The notes: generated by a model not told the origin, from the sequence alone. Positions 1-8,661 are shown, counted from the stretch's first letter. The stretch is DNA of 64,000 nucleotides from Pseudomonadota bacterium (GCA_039797585.1 JBDKHQ010000082.1:2693-66692), one strand, 5' to 3'. Translations and numbers: made by a program.

Positions 1-291
1 AAAACAGGTAAGCTCAGCAATGGCGGGAATTTCCGACTGAATAAAAATATGACTTAGCTTAGGGTCGATGCCTGCAGCGAGGTAATCTAACGCAATCTCT
101 AAGGTATTTTGATGAATTTCTTCGGGAAATTCCGCGCGAGTAGTAAATGCATGAACATTGGCAATGATGAAGTAGCAGTCATAGCTTTTTTGCAAGCCTA
201 CGCGTAAAGCTAGAGAACCCACCCAATGACCAAGATGGAGTTTTCCTGTGGGCGTGTCGCCGGTAAGTAAGCGTGGTTTAGATAGAGTCAT
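1..291 (-). CDS. trpS: tryptophan--tRNA ligase, N-terminal ~97 codons only (gene runs off the window start)
   Basis: Not in the ORF track because it is truncated. Reverse-strand reading from ATG (291-289) gives MTLSKPRLLTGDTPTGKLHLGHWVGSLALRVGLQKSYDCYFIIANVHAFTT... It has the class I aaRS HIGH-type motif (HLGH) and a TrpRS-like A-x-x-HA-x-TT block. A separate TyrRS lies at 23223-24428. Confidence 0.7.
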   Translation of the reverse strand, partial: MTLSKPRLLTGDTPTGKLHLGHWVGSLALRVGLQKSYDCYFIIANVHAFTTRAEFPEEIHQNTLEIALDYLAAGIDPKLSHIFIQSEIPAIAELTCF

Positions 292-298
292 AATCAAG

Positions 299-318
299 TT
301 TAATTTTAACTTAATGTT
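299..318 (+). promoter_or_regulatory. PmrA-type tandem direct repeat (tTTAATttT-aa-cTTAATgtT)
   Basis: Two TTAAT cores start at 300 and 311, an 11-bp register. The layout matches the published Legionella/Coxiella PmrA element cTTAATatT-N2-cTTAATatT. -10-like hexamers TAACTT (326-331) and TAATAC (331-336) follow. TTAAT is common in AT-rich DNA, so this could be chance. Confidence 0.3.
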
Positions 319-494
319 ATTGTGCTAACTTAATACAACTAATTCAAGTTTTTTTACCATTTAAGAGTTCTATTTCCTTAACTGAGTAGATTTTGGGATA
401 ATTGCTTTGATTTTAATCAAAATTATATTGGATTTAGTTTTATTATGAATTACTTTTCAATAAAATAGAAAAGAAATTTCAAAGGTTAGAAGTT

Positions 495-1580
495 ATGATC
501 GAATTAAGCTTTGAAGATGAATGTCTTACAGCGCTACAATCCTTTGCTCATCCCAGCAATATAGGGGGAGAAGAGCAAGTTGCGATGGATTTAAAAAGAA
601 TTTATGCCTTAACAATTAAGGATGAACTAGGAGAATGGTCCTATGTAAAATCCTCTGTACCAATAGGAGCGGACGTTAACCCAGAGATTCAAACATCGCC
701 GCGACAGTCAGTTACAATAGAGCCCGATCCAGATGAATTTTTTTTGGCTAGAATAAAGAGTACAAGTAAAGAAATTCAGGATGTCCTATTGATGAATTTT
801 CATCAAGGTGGGATATTCTATAGCGGTAGATCTTTCTTAACTACAAGCCTATTTGGGTTAGGTTTTGTACCTAGTGTAGACGAAGGTCATAAACATCATA
901 TTAGCTGTGAGTTTAGTTCTGAAAAATTAGTAATTACGGAGAATTTTGAGATAATAAAATTGGATTTTTTACCTGAACCTATTATGAAGATAGCTTGTAG
1001 TGAAAATGGGGAATTAAAAAGTTTAGCTTTAGAAGAAGCAGAAAAAAATAAAATAGCTTATTTTCAAGAATATATAAGGAAATTATTAAGCGATAAAATT
1101 TCAACAGGTCAAGGAAAAACAGACTTGGAATTAAAAGAAGGGTCTAAAAATGAAGTATTTCATTTATTTTCCAATTCGGAGCAGAATGCAAATTTGATAG
1201 AATTTACAGTAAAGCATACTATTGCATTAGACCCCGACTCTCAGAAAGTTGATATAAAAAAATTAACTAAAGAAGATGTAAGTTTAAAAGTACAACGCCA
1301 ACTATATGAACTAAGTTCGGGAAGCGCGCAACCTGAATTTGGTAAATTTTTATACCCCGAATTAAAATATGCTTTGCCTAGACTTTTTGAAAACCCTAGG
1401 ACCAAAAGTAAAGTTAAAAATCTAATATTAAACAGTTATCGAGAATTTATGCTGTTATTATTTAACATTGTATTCCATTTGATTTCATCGTCTATCCCTG
1501 CAAAAAACACTTTTTTATCGTCACAGCTACATCAGTCAGATGAATCAGAAAAGAGGTTTATCAACAGGATGCGTGCTTAA
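495..1580 (+). CDS. hypothetical protein, 361 aa, no recognisable domain (orphan; effector candidate)
   Basis: Long uninterrupted ORF with no family motif I can recognise. There is a hydrophobic stretch near the C-terminus (EFMLLLFNIVFHLISSSIPA), and the last 20 aa carry an acidic/Ser patch (QSDESEKRF). Confidence 0.6.
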   Translation: MIELSFEDECLTALQSFAHPSNIGGEEQVAMDLKRIYALTIKDELGEWSYVKSSVPIGADVNPEIQTSPRQSVTIEPDPDEFFLARIKSTSKEIQDVLLMNFHQGGIFYSGRSFLTTSLFGLGFVPSVDEGHKHHISCEFSSEKLVITENFEIIKLDFLPEPIMKIACSENGELKSLALEEAEKNKIAYFQEYIRKLLSDKISTGQGKTDLELKEGSKNEVFHLFSNSEQNANLIEFTVKHTIALDPDSQKVDIKKLTKEDVSLKVQRQLYELSSGSAQPEFGKFLYPELKYALPRLFENPRTKSKVKNLILNSYREFMLLLFNIVFHLISSSIPAKNTFLSSQLHQSDESEKRFINRMRA

Positions 1581-1662
1581 TATAAAAAGCCTAGTCTGGA
1601 ATGTTATTGCTATTTTATCTGTGTTAACATGCCGGCATCTGTTAAGTTAAGGAGTGTAGGCT

Positions 1663-3237
1663 ATGTCAGCCGTCCAATCCAAAAATTCATCGAAAATCTT
1701 TGTTGATTTATCTGCAGAAGAGCTGATCAACTATGCTATAGAAAGAGAAGAAGGTGTTATTGCAGCTAATGGCGCGCTAGCAGTCTCTACAGGTAAACGA
1801 ACTGGGCGTTCTCCCAAAGATAAATTTATTGTTGCAGAACCAAATAGCGAAAAGGACATCGATTGGGATTCCATTAATCAAGCTTTTTCAGAGGAACGTT
1901 TTCATGCCTTATGGCAGCGTGCTGAGCAATATGCCAAAGAAGTCGATCTGTTTATTTCTAATCTACAAGTTGGAGCTGACCCAACCTATTATCTACCTGT
2001 TAAGGTCATTACTGAATTTGCTTGGCACAATTTATTTGCTAGGCAACTTTTTATTCGGTCCGATGATTTTTATGGAAAAATCGCTAAGCCAGAATGGACG
2101 ATTCTAAGTGTTCCAGGTTTAAAAACCGATCCACAACGCGATGGGGTCAATAGTGATGCAACTTTAGTTATCCATCTTACCGAGCGTAAGGTGTTGTTAT
2201 GTGGACATCGATATGCTGGCGAAATCAAAAAAGCCATGTTTTCGGTAATGAATTATTTGCTGCCCGCACTCGATGTTTTGCCTATGCATTGTTCAGCGAA
2301 TGTAGGAAAAGAAGGTGATGTCGCTTTATTTTTTGGCTTGTCTGGTACAGGTAAAACGACTTTATCCGCTGATCCCGATCGTTTTTTGATTGGCGACGAT
2401 GAGCATGGCTGGAGCGAAACAGGTGTGTTTAATTTTGAAGGGGGCTGTTACGCTAAATGCATCGATTTATCTAAAGAACGTGAGCCTTTAATCTGGAATG
2501 CTATCCGTCATGGTGCTGTGATGGAAAACGTAGTGTTAGATTCTAAATCTTTAGAGCCAGATTACAAAGATGCAAGTCTGACTCAGAATACTCGAGTTGC
2601 CTATCCATTGGATTTTATTGAATCGCGTTTTCGCGCAAATCGCGTAGATCGCTTGCCCGATGCAGTTATTTTTCTGTGTTGCGATTTATACGGCGTATTA
2701 CCACCGGTTGCTTGTTTAAACCATGAACAAGCGGCTTATTATTTTTTAAGTGGTTATACCGCCTTAGTTGGTAGTACGGAAGTGGGCCAAACGGAACCCA
2801 TTAAAACAACATTCAGTACATGTTTTGGCGCGCCATTTTTTCCGAGACCCGCAAAAGTCTATGCTGAATTATTAATTAAGCGTTTAAAAACCAGTCATGC
2901 CAAAGTATATCTGGTTAATACGGGTTGGACTGGTGGCGCCTATGGGGATGGAGGGCAGCGGTTTTCTATTCCAGTAACTCGTGCCGTAATTAAAGCTATT
3001 TTGAACGATGAAGTAGATAAAGCTGAATCAGAATCATTACCAGGCTTTAATTTTTCTATTCCTAAACAGTTATCTGGTCTAGAGAATCATTTATTAAACC
3101 CAAAAAAGACTTGGAAAAACTCGAAAGAATATGATGTTAAGGCACACGAATTAATCAATAAATTTATTAATAACTTTAAACAGTTTGATGTGAGCCCGGC
3201 TATTCGAGACGCTGGACCGGTTATCTGCAAAGAGTAG
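1663..3237 (+). CDS. pckA: phosphoenolpyruvate carboxykinase (ATP)
   Basis: 524 aa. Kinase-1a P-loop [18 protein letters not shown] near the N-terminus, GDDEHGW, and full-length collinearity with ATP-dependent PEPCK. Confidence 0.93.
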   Translation: MSAVQSKNSSKIFVDLSAEELINYAIEREEGVIAANGALAVSTGKRTGRSPKDKFIVAEPNSEKDIDWDSINQAFSEERFHALWQRAEQYAKEVDLFISNLQVGADPTYYLPVKVITEFAWHNLFARQLFIRSDDFYGKIAKPEWTILSVPGLKTDPQRDGVNSDATLVIHLTERKVLLCGHRYAGEIKKAMFSVMNYLLPALDVLPMHCSANVGKEGDVALFFGLSGTGKTTLSADPDRFLIGDDEHGWSETGVFNFEGGCYAKCIDLSKEREPLIWNAIRHGAVMENVVLDSKSLEPDYKDASLTQNTRVAYPLDFIESRFRANRVDRLPDAVIFLCCDLYGVLPPVACLNHEQAAYYFLSGYTALVGSTEVGQTEPIKTTFSTCFGAPFFPRPAKVYAELLIKRLKTSHAKVYLVNTGWTGGAYGDGGQRFSIPVTRAVIKAILNDEVDKAESESLPGFNFSIPKQLSGLENHLLNPKKTWKNSKEYDVKAHELINKFINNFKQFDVSPAIRDAGPVICKE

Positions 3238-4231
3238 GACTGAGGGTTTTAGTCCCCATTGAATTTTGCTTATCCTTAAAAAAACCGAGAGTAATATTTT
3301 TAGGTTTTGGTTCAGTGTGTTGAAAAGTTCGGTTAAATAATCGATCTAGAATTTGTCTTATAAAAAAAATAATTTTTTTATAAAGGGTAAATTTTTCAGA
3401 AAAAGACTTATCAGATTCAAAAAATTTTGGATTAGAGTTATCCTTGCTAAGGATATTATTTATTTGGTCTGAAAATTCTGAAAAAGCTGCATTACGATCT
3501 AATCCTTCTGTATGCAGGATTTCATCAGCTAGATAAGAATATTCTGGAACTAAAAACCTAAATAGCTGTGCTATAGAATAATAATCTGATCGAAATCCAA
3601 TATTAGAACCTTTATAGTACTGTTTTTTAAAATATTCTGGTGCTGTGTAAGGTTGAAAAATTCTTCTTATATTCGAAGGTACCGTTCCTTGTCCAGGTAA
3701 TTGTAAGTCTTGAATATAAGCAGATGCTTTGCCACTAGAAGAATTAAAAACATTAACACTTCTTCCAAAATCAATAATATTTACTTTGTTTCCAGCCCTT
3801 TCGTTAATAATGATATTGTTGCATTTTAAATCTCTATGAATAAGTCCTTTTCTATGAATATCGGCAGTAGCTTTAATTAAATTCTGAATAATTTCAAGTC
3901 TTGCTTTAAGGCTGTATTGAATTGCACAATGAAATAATTGCCCTTCAAAATATGGAATCGTAAAATAGAAATATTGACTATCTTCATAGGATTTGAAATC
4001 AAAACCTAGGTGTTCATATGCGAGTTTCCATCCATCACTGTCTTGTTGTTTAGTGACATGGTGCTTAGTTAAAACCTTAACACAAATACTTTCTTCAAGG
4101 TTACTGAACGTAACTTTATAAACACTGCCCATTCTCCCGCTATCTAAGTGGCTTATTTCAGCAATTTCTTTTGCTGGAAAGAGTTCCTTGCAAACTTGAG
4201 TAATTTCATATTTCATAAAAAAATGAATCAT
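3221..4231 (-). CDS. eukaryotic-like (Hanks-type) Ser/Thr protein kinase with ~90-aa non-kinase C-terminal tail
   Basis: Gly-loop-like [13 protein letters not shown]-like Lys (ICVKVL), catalytic loop [14 protein letters not shown] (IIDFGRS), APE (YTAPEYF), subdomain IX Asp (SDYYS). The start may be the second Met (MKYEITQ, 4216). The 3' end overlaps the pckA 3' end convergently by 17 nt. Confidence 0.8.
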   Translation of the reverse strand: MIHFFMKYEITQVCKELFPAKEIAEISHLDSGRMGSVYKVTFSNLEESICVKVLTKHHVTKQQDSDGWKLAYEHLGFDFKSYEDSQYFYFTIPYFEGQLFHCAIQYSLKARLEIIQNLIKATADIHRKGLIHRDLKCNNIIINERAGNKVNIIDFGRSVNVFNSSSGKASAYIQDLQLPGQGTVPSNIRRIFQPYTAPEYFKKQYYKGSNIGFRSDYYSIAQLFRFLVPEYSYLADEILHTEGLDRNAAFSEFSDQINNILSKDNSNPKFFESDKSFSEKFTLYKKIIFFIRQILDRLFNRTFQHTEPKPKNITLGFFKDKQNSMGTKTLSPTLCR

Positions 4232-4236
4232 TGCGT

Positions 4237-4265
4237 ATTATACTAATACGAAGATGTTTAATTAA
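4237..4265 (-). promoter_or_regulatory. sigma70-like promoter in the 42-bp proC-kinase spacer
   Basis: On the minus strand: TTAATT (4265-4260), 17-nt spacer, perfect TATAAT (4242-4237). It sits immediately upstream of the kinase ORF. Confidence 0.35.
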
Positions 4266-4273
4266 GATTAACT

Positions 4274-5095
4274 TTATTTAAGATCTTTAGCTAGTTCTTC
4301 GCCACGATTTTTAGCTGCTTTAAGAGTATTTTTTACAATATCGGAGAATTGAGAATTTTTTAAAAATTCTAACGCTTTTTCAGTTGTGCCCATTGGCGAA
4401 GTTACCTCTTCTCTTAACTCAGCTAACGATTTTTTACTTTCTACAGCCATTCGAACAGATCCCAAAGCAGTTTGTAAGGTAAGTAAATTAGCATTTTCTT
4501 TGGATAAACCTAATTCAATGCCAGCTTGTTCTAGAGCTTCCATAAATAGAAAAAAATAAGCCGGCCCACTTCCTGATAAAGCGGCAACCACATCGATTTG
4601 TTCTTCTTTAGGCAACCAAACTACACTTCCGACGCTATGGAAGATAGATTCAGCCGCATTTTTTTGCGCATCTGAACAATATTGATTTGCGAATAGTCCG
4701 GTTGTTCCACAGCCAATTAAAGCAGGTGTATTGGGCATGCAACGAATAATTGCTAAGGATTGGCTTGATAGGTAAAGTTCTAAGCTATTTAAACCGATAC
4801 CCACAGCAATCGAAATAATTAAAGGTTTGTTTTCTTGGATAAGATCAGCGATTTCAGTAGCAACGCTTTTTAATATTTGAGGCTTTACAGCTAAAACGAC
4901 AATATCTGCCACTTGTACAGCATGGCGATTGTCAGTAGTCAGGTTGATATTTAAATTTTTTAATCTATTCAGTTGCTCTAGATTATTATTGGTTGCCCAT
5001 ATATTTTTAGCAGGATAGTTTTCTTTTAATAATCCTTTGATAATACTAGTTGCCATGTTACCGGCACCAATGAAACTAATAATTAAATTTTGCAT
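4274..5095 (-). CDS. proC: pyrroline-5-carboxylate reductase
   Basis: Rossmann N-terminus ISFIGAGNMATSI, then AVKPQ, RCMPNTPA, SGSGPAY and SPMGTT blocks. I chose the start at the internal Met (MQNLIISFIGAGN); the track ORF extends to 5143. Confidence 0.9.
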   Translation of the reverse strand: MQNLIISFIGAGNMATSIIKGLLKENYPAKNIWATNNNLEQLNRLKNLNINLTTDNRHAVQVADIVVLAVKPQILKSVATEIADLIQENKPLIISIAVGIGLNSLELYLSSQSLAIIRCMPNTPALIGCGTTGLFANQYCSDAQKNAAESIFHSVGSVVWLPKEEQIDVVAALSGSGPAYFFLFMEALEQAGIELGLSKENANLLTLQTALGSVRMAVESKKSLAELREEVTSPMGTTEKALEFLKNSQFSDIVKNTLKAAKNRGEELAKDLK

Positions 5096-5227
5096 ATACT
5101 CTTCGCACTTGTTTTTTTGTCTGTGTTGCCGCTCAACTCGCAATCCTCATATATGTCTAATACACTCCGATTGCTTCATTATCGCGGCATCTTGCCAAAA
5201 GCTCAATTGCTGTGGTTATAGTTTTGC

Positions 5228-5905
5228 TTACTTTTTTTGTTTCAGATACTCATCGAGACGTTCCAACTCAGTAGGCGTTCCTATGTTAAACCATAAGCCT
5301 TTATAGTATTCCCCAGTTATTTTCTTTTCAGCAATATACTCATAGAGTAGTGATGATAGCGGAAATGCTCCTGATTTACCCTGAAATAAATCAGGGTGAT
5401 AAACTCCAAGACTAGCAAAGGTAAATTTATTTGAAGTGTCGTCTAAGTTTAATAAACCAGTTTGGGTAAGATTAAAATCTCCTTGAGGATGAAAATTTGG
5501 ATTATCCACTAAGATAAGATGGGCTAACGCAAACGAATTTAATGAATGCGAAAATAAGCGTTCCAATGAAAAATCTGTCCAGATGTCAGCACTTATGACG
5601 ATGAATGGATTAGATCCTAAAAGGGTTAATGCTTGACAAATTCCTCCTCCAGTTTCGAGAGCAGTAGGTTCAAAAGAATATTCAATTTTAACACCGTAAG
5701 CTCGTCCATCGCCTAGCGTGTCTATAATTTGTTTAGCTTGATAAGAGACATTAATGACTATTTCTTTAATACCGATTTTTGCTAATTTTAATACTTGATG
5801 CACGATAAGAGGTTGGTTTGCGACTAATATTAAGGGTTTAGGTGTGGTATCCGTTAGAGGGCGTAACCGTAGACCTCGTCCGGCAGCAAGTATCATCGCT
5901 TTCAT
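5228..5905 (-). CDS. murU: sugar-1-phosphate nucleotidyltransferase, MurU-like (MurNAc-alpha-1-P uridylyltransferase)
   Basis: N-terminal MILAAGRGLRLRPLTDTTPKPL signature of NTP-transferases. About 225 aa, and translationally coupled (4-nt overlap) to the upstream AmgK-like kinase, as in the Pseudomonas amgK-murU pair. Confidence 0.7.
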   Translation of the reverse strand: MKAMILAAGRGLRLRPLTDTTPKPLILVANQPLIVHQVLKLAKIGIKEIVINVSYQAKQIIDTLGDGRAYGVKIEYSFEPTALETGGGICQALTLLGSNPFIVISADIWTDFSLERLFSHSLNSFALAHLILVDNPNFHPQGDFNLTQTGLLNLDDTSNKFTFASLGVYHPDLFQGKSGAFPLSSLLYEYIAEKKITGEYYKGLWFNIGTPTELERLDEYLKQKK

Positions 5906-6924
5906 TTTTTTTCTTTCTCATAAGATTTAGTTTGAATCTTTGTTTCCAATAACTCTTTAAATCCCGAGAGCTCTGCATAATTTTCGCAAGTTTTATTAAT
6001 ATAATTCAATAAGCGAGATGTCATGGGTAAATAATGCGGCTTATTATCACGATAATTAAGTCGTGAAAAAATACCAAGTATTTTTAAATGACGTTGGAGA
6101 CTAATCAGATCAAACCAGCGTACAAATTTTTCTTGAGTGTATTGATGACTTATATTGATCATATCGTAAAATTTCAATATCCATTGCTCGACTTGCTCTT
6201 TCGGCCAATCAATATAAGCATCGCGCAGTAAGGAGGCAGCGTCGTAGGTAATAGGTCCATAAACAGCATCTTGAAAATCCAAAACCCCCACACTTTTATT
6301 TTCCAGTAAAAGTAGATTGCGGGAGTGATAATCACGATGAACGCAGACCTGTGGCTGTTCAAGAGCAGAGGAGATAAGTATTTTAAAAGTTTTTTCAAGT
6401 ATATTGCTAATCTCATCGGTTATTGTCAGATCTAGATGTTTTTTCAGAAACCAATCAATAAATATCCCTAATTCGAAACGTATAAATTCTTCATTAAACA
6501 AATCTAAGGATTTATTGTCTGGAAATTTAGGGTTACAAACTTGAATTTGATAAATAACAGAAAGAGCTCGATGATATAAATCATCAGCAGTATTGGAATT
6601 TAAGATATTAAGATATAAATCATTACCTAAATCACTTAACAACATAAATCCTTGTTCAATGTTATAGGCGAGTATTTCTGGGGTATAAATGCCTTGGCGA
6701 GCAAAATCTCTAGCAATTGCAACAAAATTAACGATATTTTCCTTGTCCGGAGGAGCGACCATAACAATTTGACTTGAGTTACCTATTCGCAAGCGAAAAT
6801 ATTGTCGCGAGCTCGCGTCATTTATTAATGGTTGCAGCTCAAGGTTTGCGTCTGGTAAAGAACAAGACTCTTTTAACCAATTCCTTAATGGCATTAATTG
6901 CGATGGTTGTTCAAAAATAGACAT
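5902..6924 (-). CDS. amgK: aminoglycoside-phosphotransferase-fold sugar kinase, AmgK-like (anomeric MurNAc/GlcNAc kinase)
   Basis: Catalytic loop HRDYHSRNLLL and metal-binding LDFQDA motif. Paired with the MurU-like gene. Confidence 0.65.
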   Translation of the reverse strand: MSIFEQPSQLMPLRNWLKESCSLPDANLELQPLINDASSRQYFRLRIGNSSQIVMVAPPDKENIVNFVAIARDFARQGIYTPEILAYNIEQGFMLLSDLGNDLYLNILNSNTADDLYHRALSVIYQIQVCNPKFPDNKSLDLFNEEFIRFELGIFIDWFLKKHLDLTITDEISNILEKTFKILISSALEQPQVCVHRDYHSRNLLLLENKSVGVLDFQDAVYGPITYDAASLLRDAYIDWPKEQVEQWILKFYDMINISHQYTQEKFVRWFDLISLQRHLKILGIFSRLNYRDNKPHYLPMTSRLLNYINKTCENYAELSGFKELLETKIQTKSYEKEKK

Positions 6925-7371
6925 AATCTAAGTCCTGTCTTTATAACCTAAAATTTTACGTAATTCTAAATCTGGCTGCTGAAATCCCTACCCTCTATCT
7001 CAACTCCAAAATCCTGAGAAAGGTTCCAAAAAAGGAGATCAGCTGGCCTAGTTTTAAAGCTATCTTACACTGGAACTAACTTGCTTATCTACCATTTCTA
7101 CCGGTAGTAAAGATGGCTTATATCCTCTATACTTCTGGCCTTATAAAAGGGTTTAAATGTTTTCAGTATTGTATTTTAAAATACGGAATTGCATTCAAAT
7201 ACTGAATATTTAGAGTGAGTCTTAACAGGATAGTGGATTTTTTTCTATTAAAAACGATGCAAGCTGGTTTGTGCCTATGATCTGATCGTATATACTGCTC
7301 CCGACAACACAAAAAGCCATCTTTTTTAAGTGCGAAGAGTATATTATCTTGATAATAAGAGGAATGAAAAT

Positions 7372-8247
7372 ATGTTTCATGGCAGTATCGTCGCATTGAT
7401 AACACCTATGCGAGAAAATGGAGATATTGATTATGCTTGTTTACGCAAACTAGTTGAGTGGCATATTGCACAACGCACAGATGCTATTGTCGTTATAGGA
7501 ACCACCGGAGAAGCATCGACCCTCAGCATAGAGGAACAAAATAATGTCATAAAAACAGTCGTTGAACATACTCATCGACGTATCCCGATTATAGCCAGCA
7601 CAGGCACCCAATCTACTCAAAAGACCATTGATCAAACAAGGACAGCTATGGAAATAGGCGTAGATGCTTGCCTATTAGTGACCCCTTATTACAACCTCCC
7701 TACACAGGAAGGTCTTTATCAGCATTATCGGCTGATAGCAGATAAAGTTCCTATCCCTCAAATTTTATATAATATACCTAAACGTACCGGTTGTGACTTA
7801 TTACCTGAAACGGTGGCTAGACTAGCAGGCATTGTAAATATTGTGGGTATAAAGGAAGGTCAACCTGAACGGGCAAAAACCATTTTAGAATTATGCGGTA
7901 AAAATATAGATGTCTACAGCGGGGATGATAATACAGCTTTAGAAATTATGCGTATGGGAGGTAAAGGTGTCATTTCAGTAGCAGCAAATCTTGTGCCGCA
8001 AACTATGCACAATCTTTACGAATTAACCAAAAAGGAAGACTGGGAAGCAGCTGATAAAATAGACAGACAGCTTCGCCCATTATATCAAGACTTATTTATT
8101 GAATCTAACCCTATACCTGTTAAATGGTTGGCGGCGGAAAAAGGCTTAATTTCATCTCCCATTTTGCGCCTGCCGTTAACGACCCTGTCAGCAGGGAAGC
8201 AGGCAGGCTTGAAACCTACTATCGATCTATTAGAGGCGCTATCTTAA
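7372..8247 (+). CDS. dapA: 4-hydroxy-tetrahydrodipicolinate synthase
   Basis: MFHGSIVALITPM..., GTTGE, YNIPxRTG, the Schiff-base Lys in the IVGIKE block, and 292 aa. The start is at the ATG preceded by AGAGGA 8 nt upstream; the track ORF begins earlier at 7330. Confidence 0.92.
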   Translation: MFHGSIVALITPMRENGDIDYACLRKLVEWHIAQRTDAIVVIGTTGEASTLSIEEQNNVIKTVVEHTHRRIPIIASTGTQSTQKTIDQTRTAMEIGVDACLLVTPYYNLPTQEGLYQHYRLIADKVPIPQILYNIPKRTGCDLLPETVARLAGIVNIVGIKEGQPERAKTILELCGKNIDVYSGDDNTALEIMRMGGKGVISVAANLVPQTMHNLYELTKKEDWEAADKIDRQLRPLYQDLFIESNPIPVKWLAAEKGLISSPILRLPLTTLSAGKQAGLKPTIDLLEALS

Positions 8248-8248
8248 G

Positions 8249-8485
8249 ATGAGAAATAAGCTACTTTATTTAATATTAATCATTTTTACTGTAAACTTAG
8301 CCGCTTGTTCTTCAGTTAATAAATATATAAAAACACAACGTTCACAGTATTTGTATAGTAAAGAGTTACCGTTGTTGAAAGTTCCAGATGGTTTACAGAT
8401 TCCTAGGGAAGAGAAATATATTATTCCTCAGAACGTTGGATGTAGCCCTACGAGACTACCCGATTTGTTACCACCCACTCATTAA
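8249..8485 (+). CDS. small lipoprotein resembling only the N-terminal BamD-binding segment of BamC
   Basis: Lipobox LAAC|SS. CSSVNKYIKTQ...LPLLKVPDGLQIPREEKYIIP...LPP parallels E. coli BamC CSSDSRYKRQ...[22 protein letters not shown]...RPP. It keeps the conserved dapA-bamC synteny but is only 78 aa. Confidence 0.55.
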   Translation: MRNKLLYLILIIFTVNLAACSSVNKYIKTQRSQYLYSKELPLLKVPDGLQIPREEKYIIPQNVGCSPTRLPDLLPPTH

Positions 8486-8501
8486 ATTCAAGTGCGAAGA
8501 A
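8485..8501 (+). repeat. 17-mer AATTCAAGTGCGAAGAA, copy 1
   Basis: Identical 17-mer at 38473-38489. Shorter relatives are AAGTGCGAAGAG at 7328-7339, TTCAAGTGCG at 36600-36609 and TAAGTGCG at 9613-9620. All copies are intergenic. Confidence 0.6.
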
Positions 8502-8519
8502 GTATGCTGGAAACTTATT

Positions 8520-8611
8520 GGAGAGGTACCAAAGCGGCCATAATGGCGCCGACTCGAAATCGGATGGGGATTTATAGTCCCACGTGGGTTCGAATCCCAC
8601 CCTCTCCGCCA
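8520..8611 (+). tRNA. tRNA-Ser (anticodon CGA), class II with long variable arm
   Basis: Acceptor GGAGAGG/CCTCTCC plus G-CCA. D-stem CCA/TGG. Anticodon loop CT-CGA-AA. Variable arm GGGA...TCCC. T-arm GTGGG-TTCGAAT-CCCAC. Confidence 0.9.
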
Positions 8612-8661
8612 TCTTCACCTTATTTACTAGATTGAAATGTCTTTCTGTATGCGATTAAATT

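Noticed and set aside
1829-2107. Short ORFs from the six-frame track nested inside, or antisense to, confidently identified genes. Examples: 1829-2107, 6174-6416, 7450-7635, 9616-9852, 10003-10215, 10894-11145, 13865-14089, 16124-16312, 18350-18652, 20861-21175, 21521-21784, 21893-22177, 22866-23066, 23275-23493, 24519-24794, 29900-30343, 37511-37693, 38811-39244, 39660-40049, 43163-43354, 44482-44739, 45284-45493, 46874-47074, 51188-51418, 52134-52469, 55511-55729, 57090-57332, 57813-57995, 58819-59133, 60143-60325.
   Set aside because: Each overlaps a long ORF with strong family motifs. Their translations are low-complexity or compositionally odd with no recognisable motifs, which is typical of shadow ORFs.
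5037-5306. 89-codon + strand ORF spanning the proC start and murU end; likewise 7163-7405 (-), 20666-20848 (-), 38436-38672 (-), 41004-41312 (+) and 41625-41816 (+), which bridge gene boundaries.
   Set aside because: They run antisense across the ends of real genes and intergenic spacers, and have no SD, motifs or plausible protein character.
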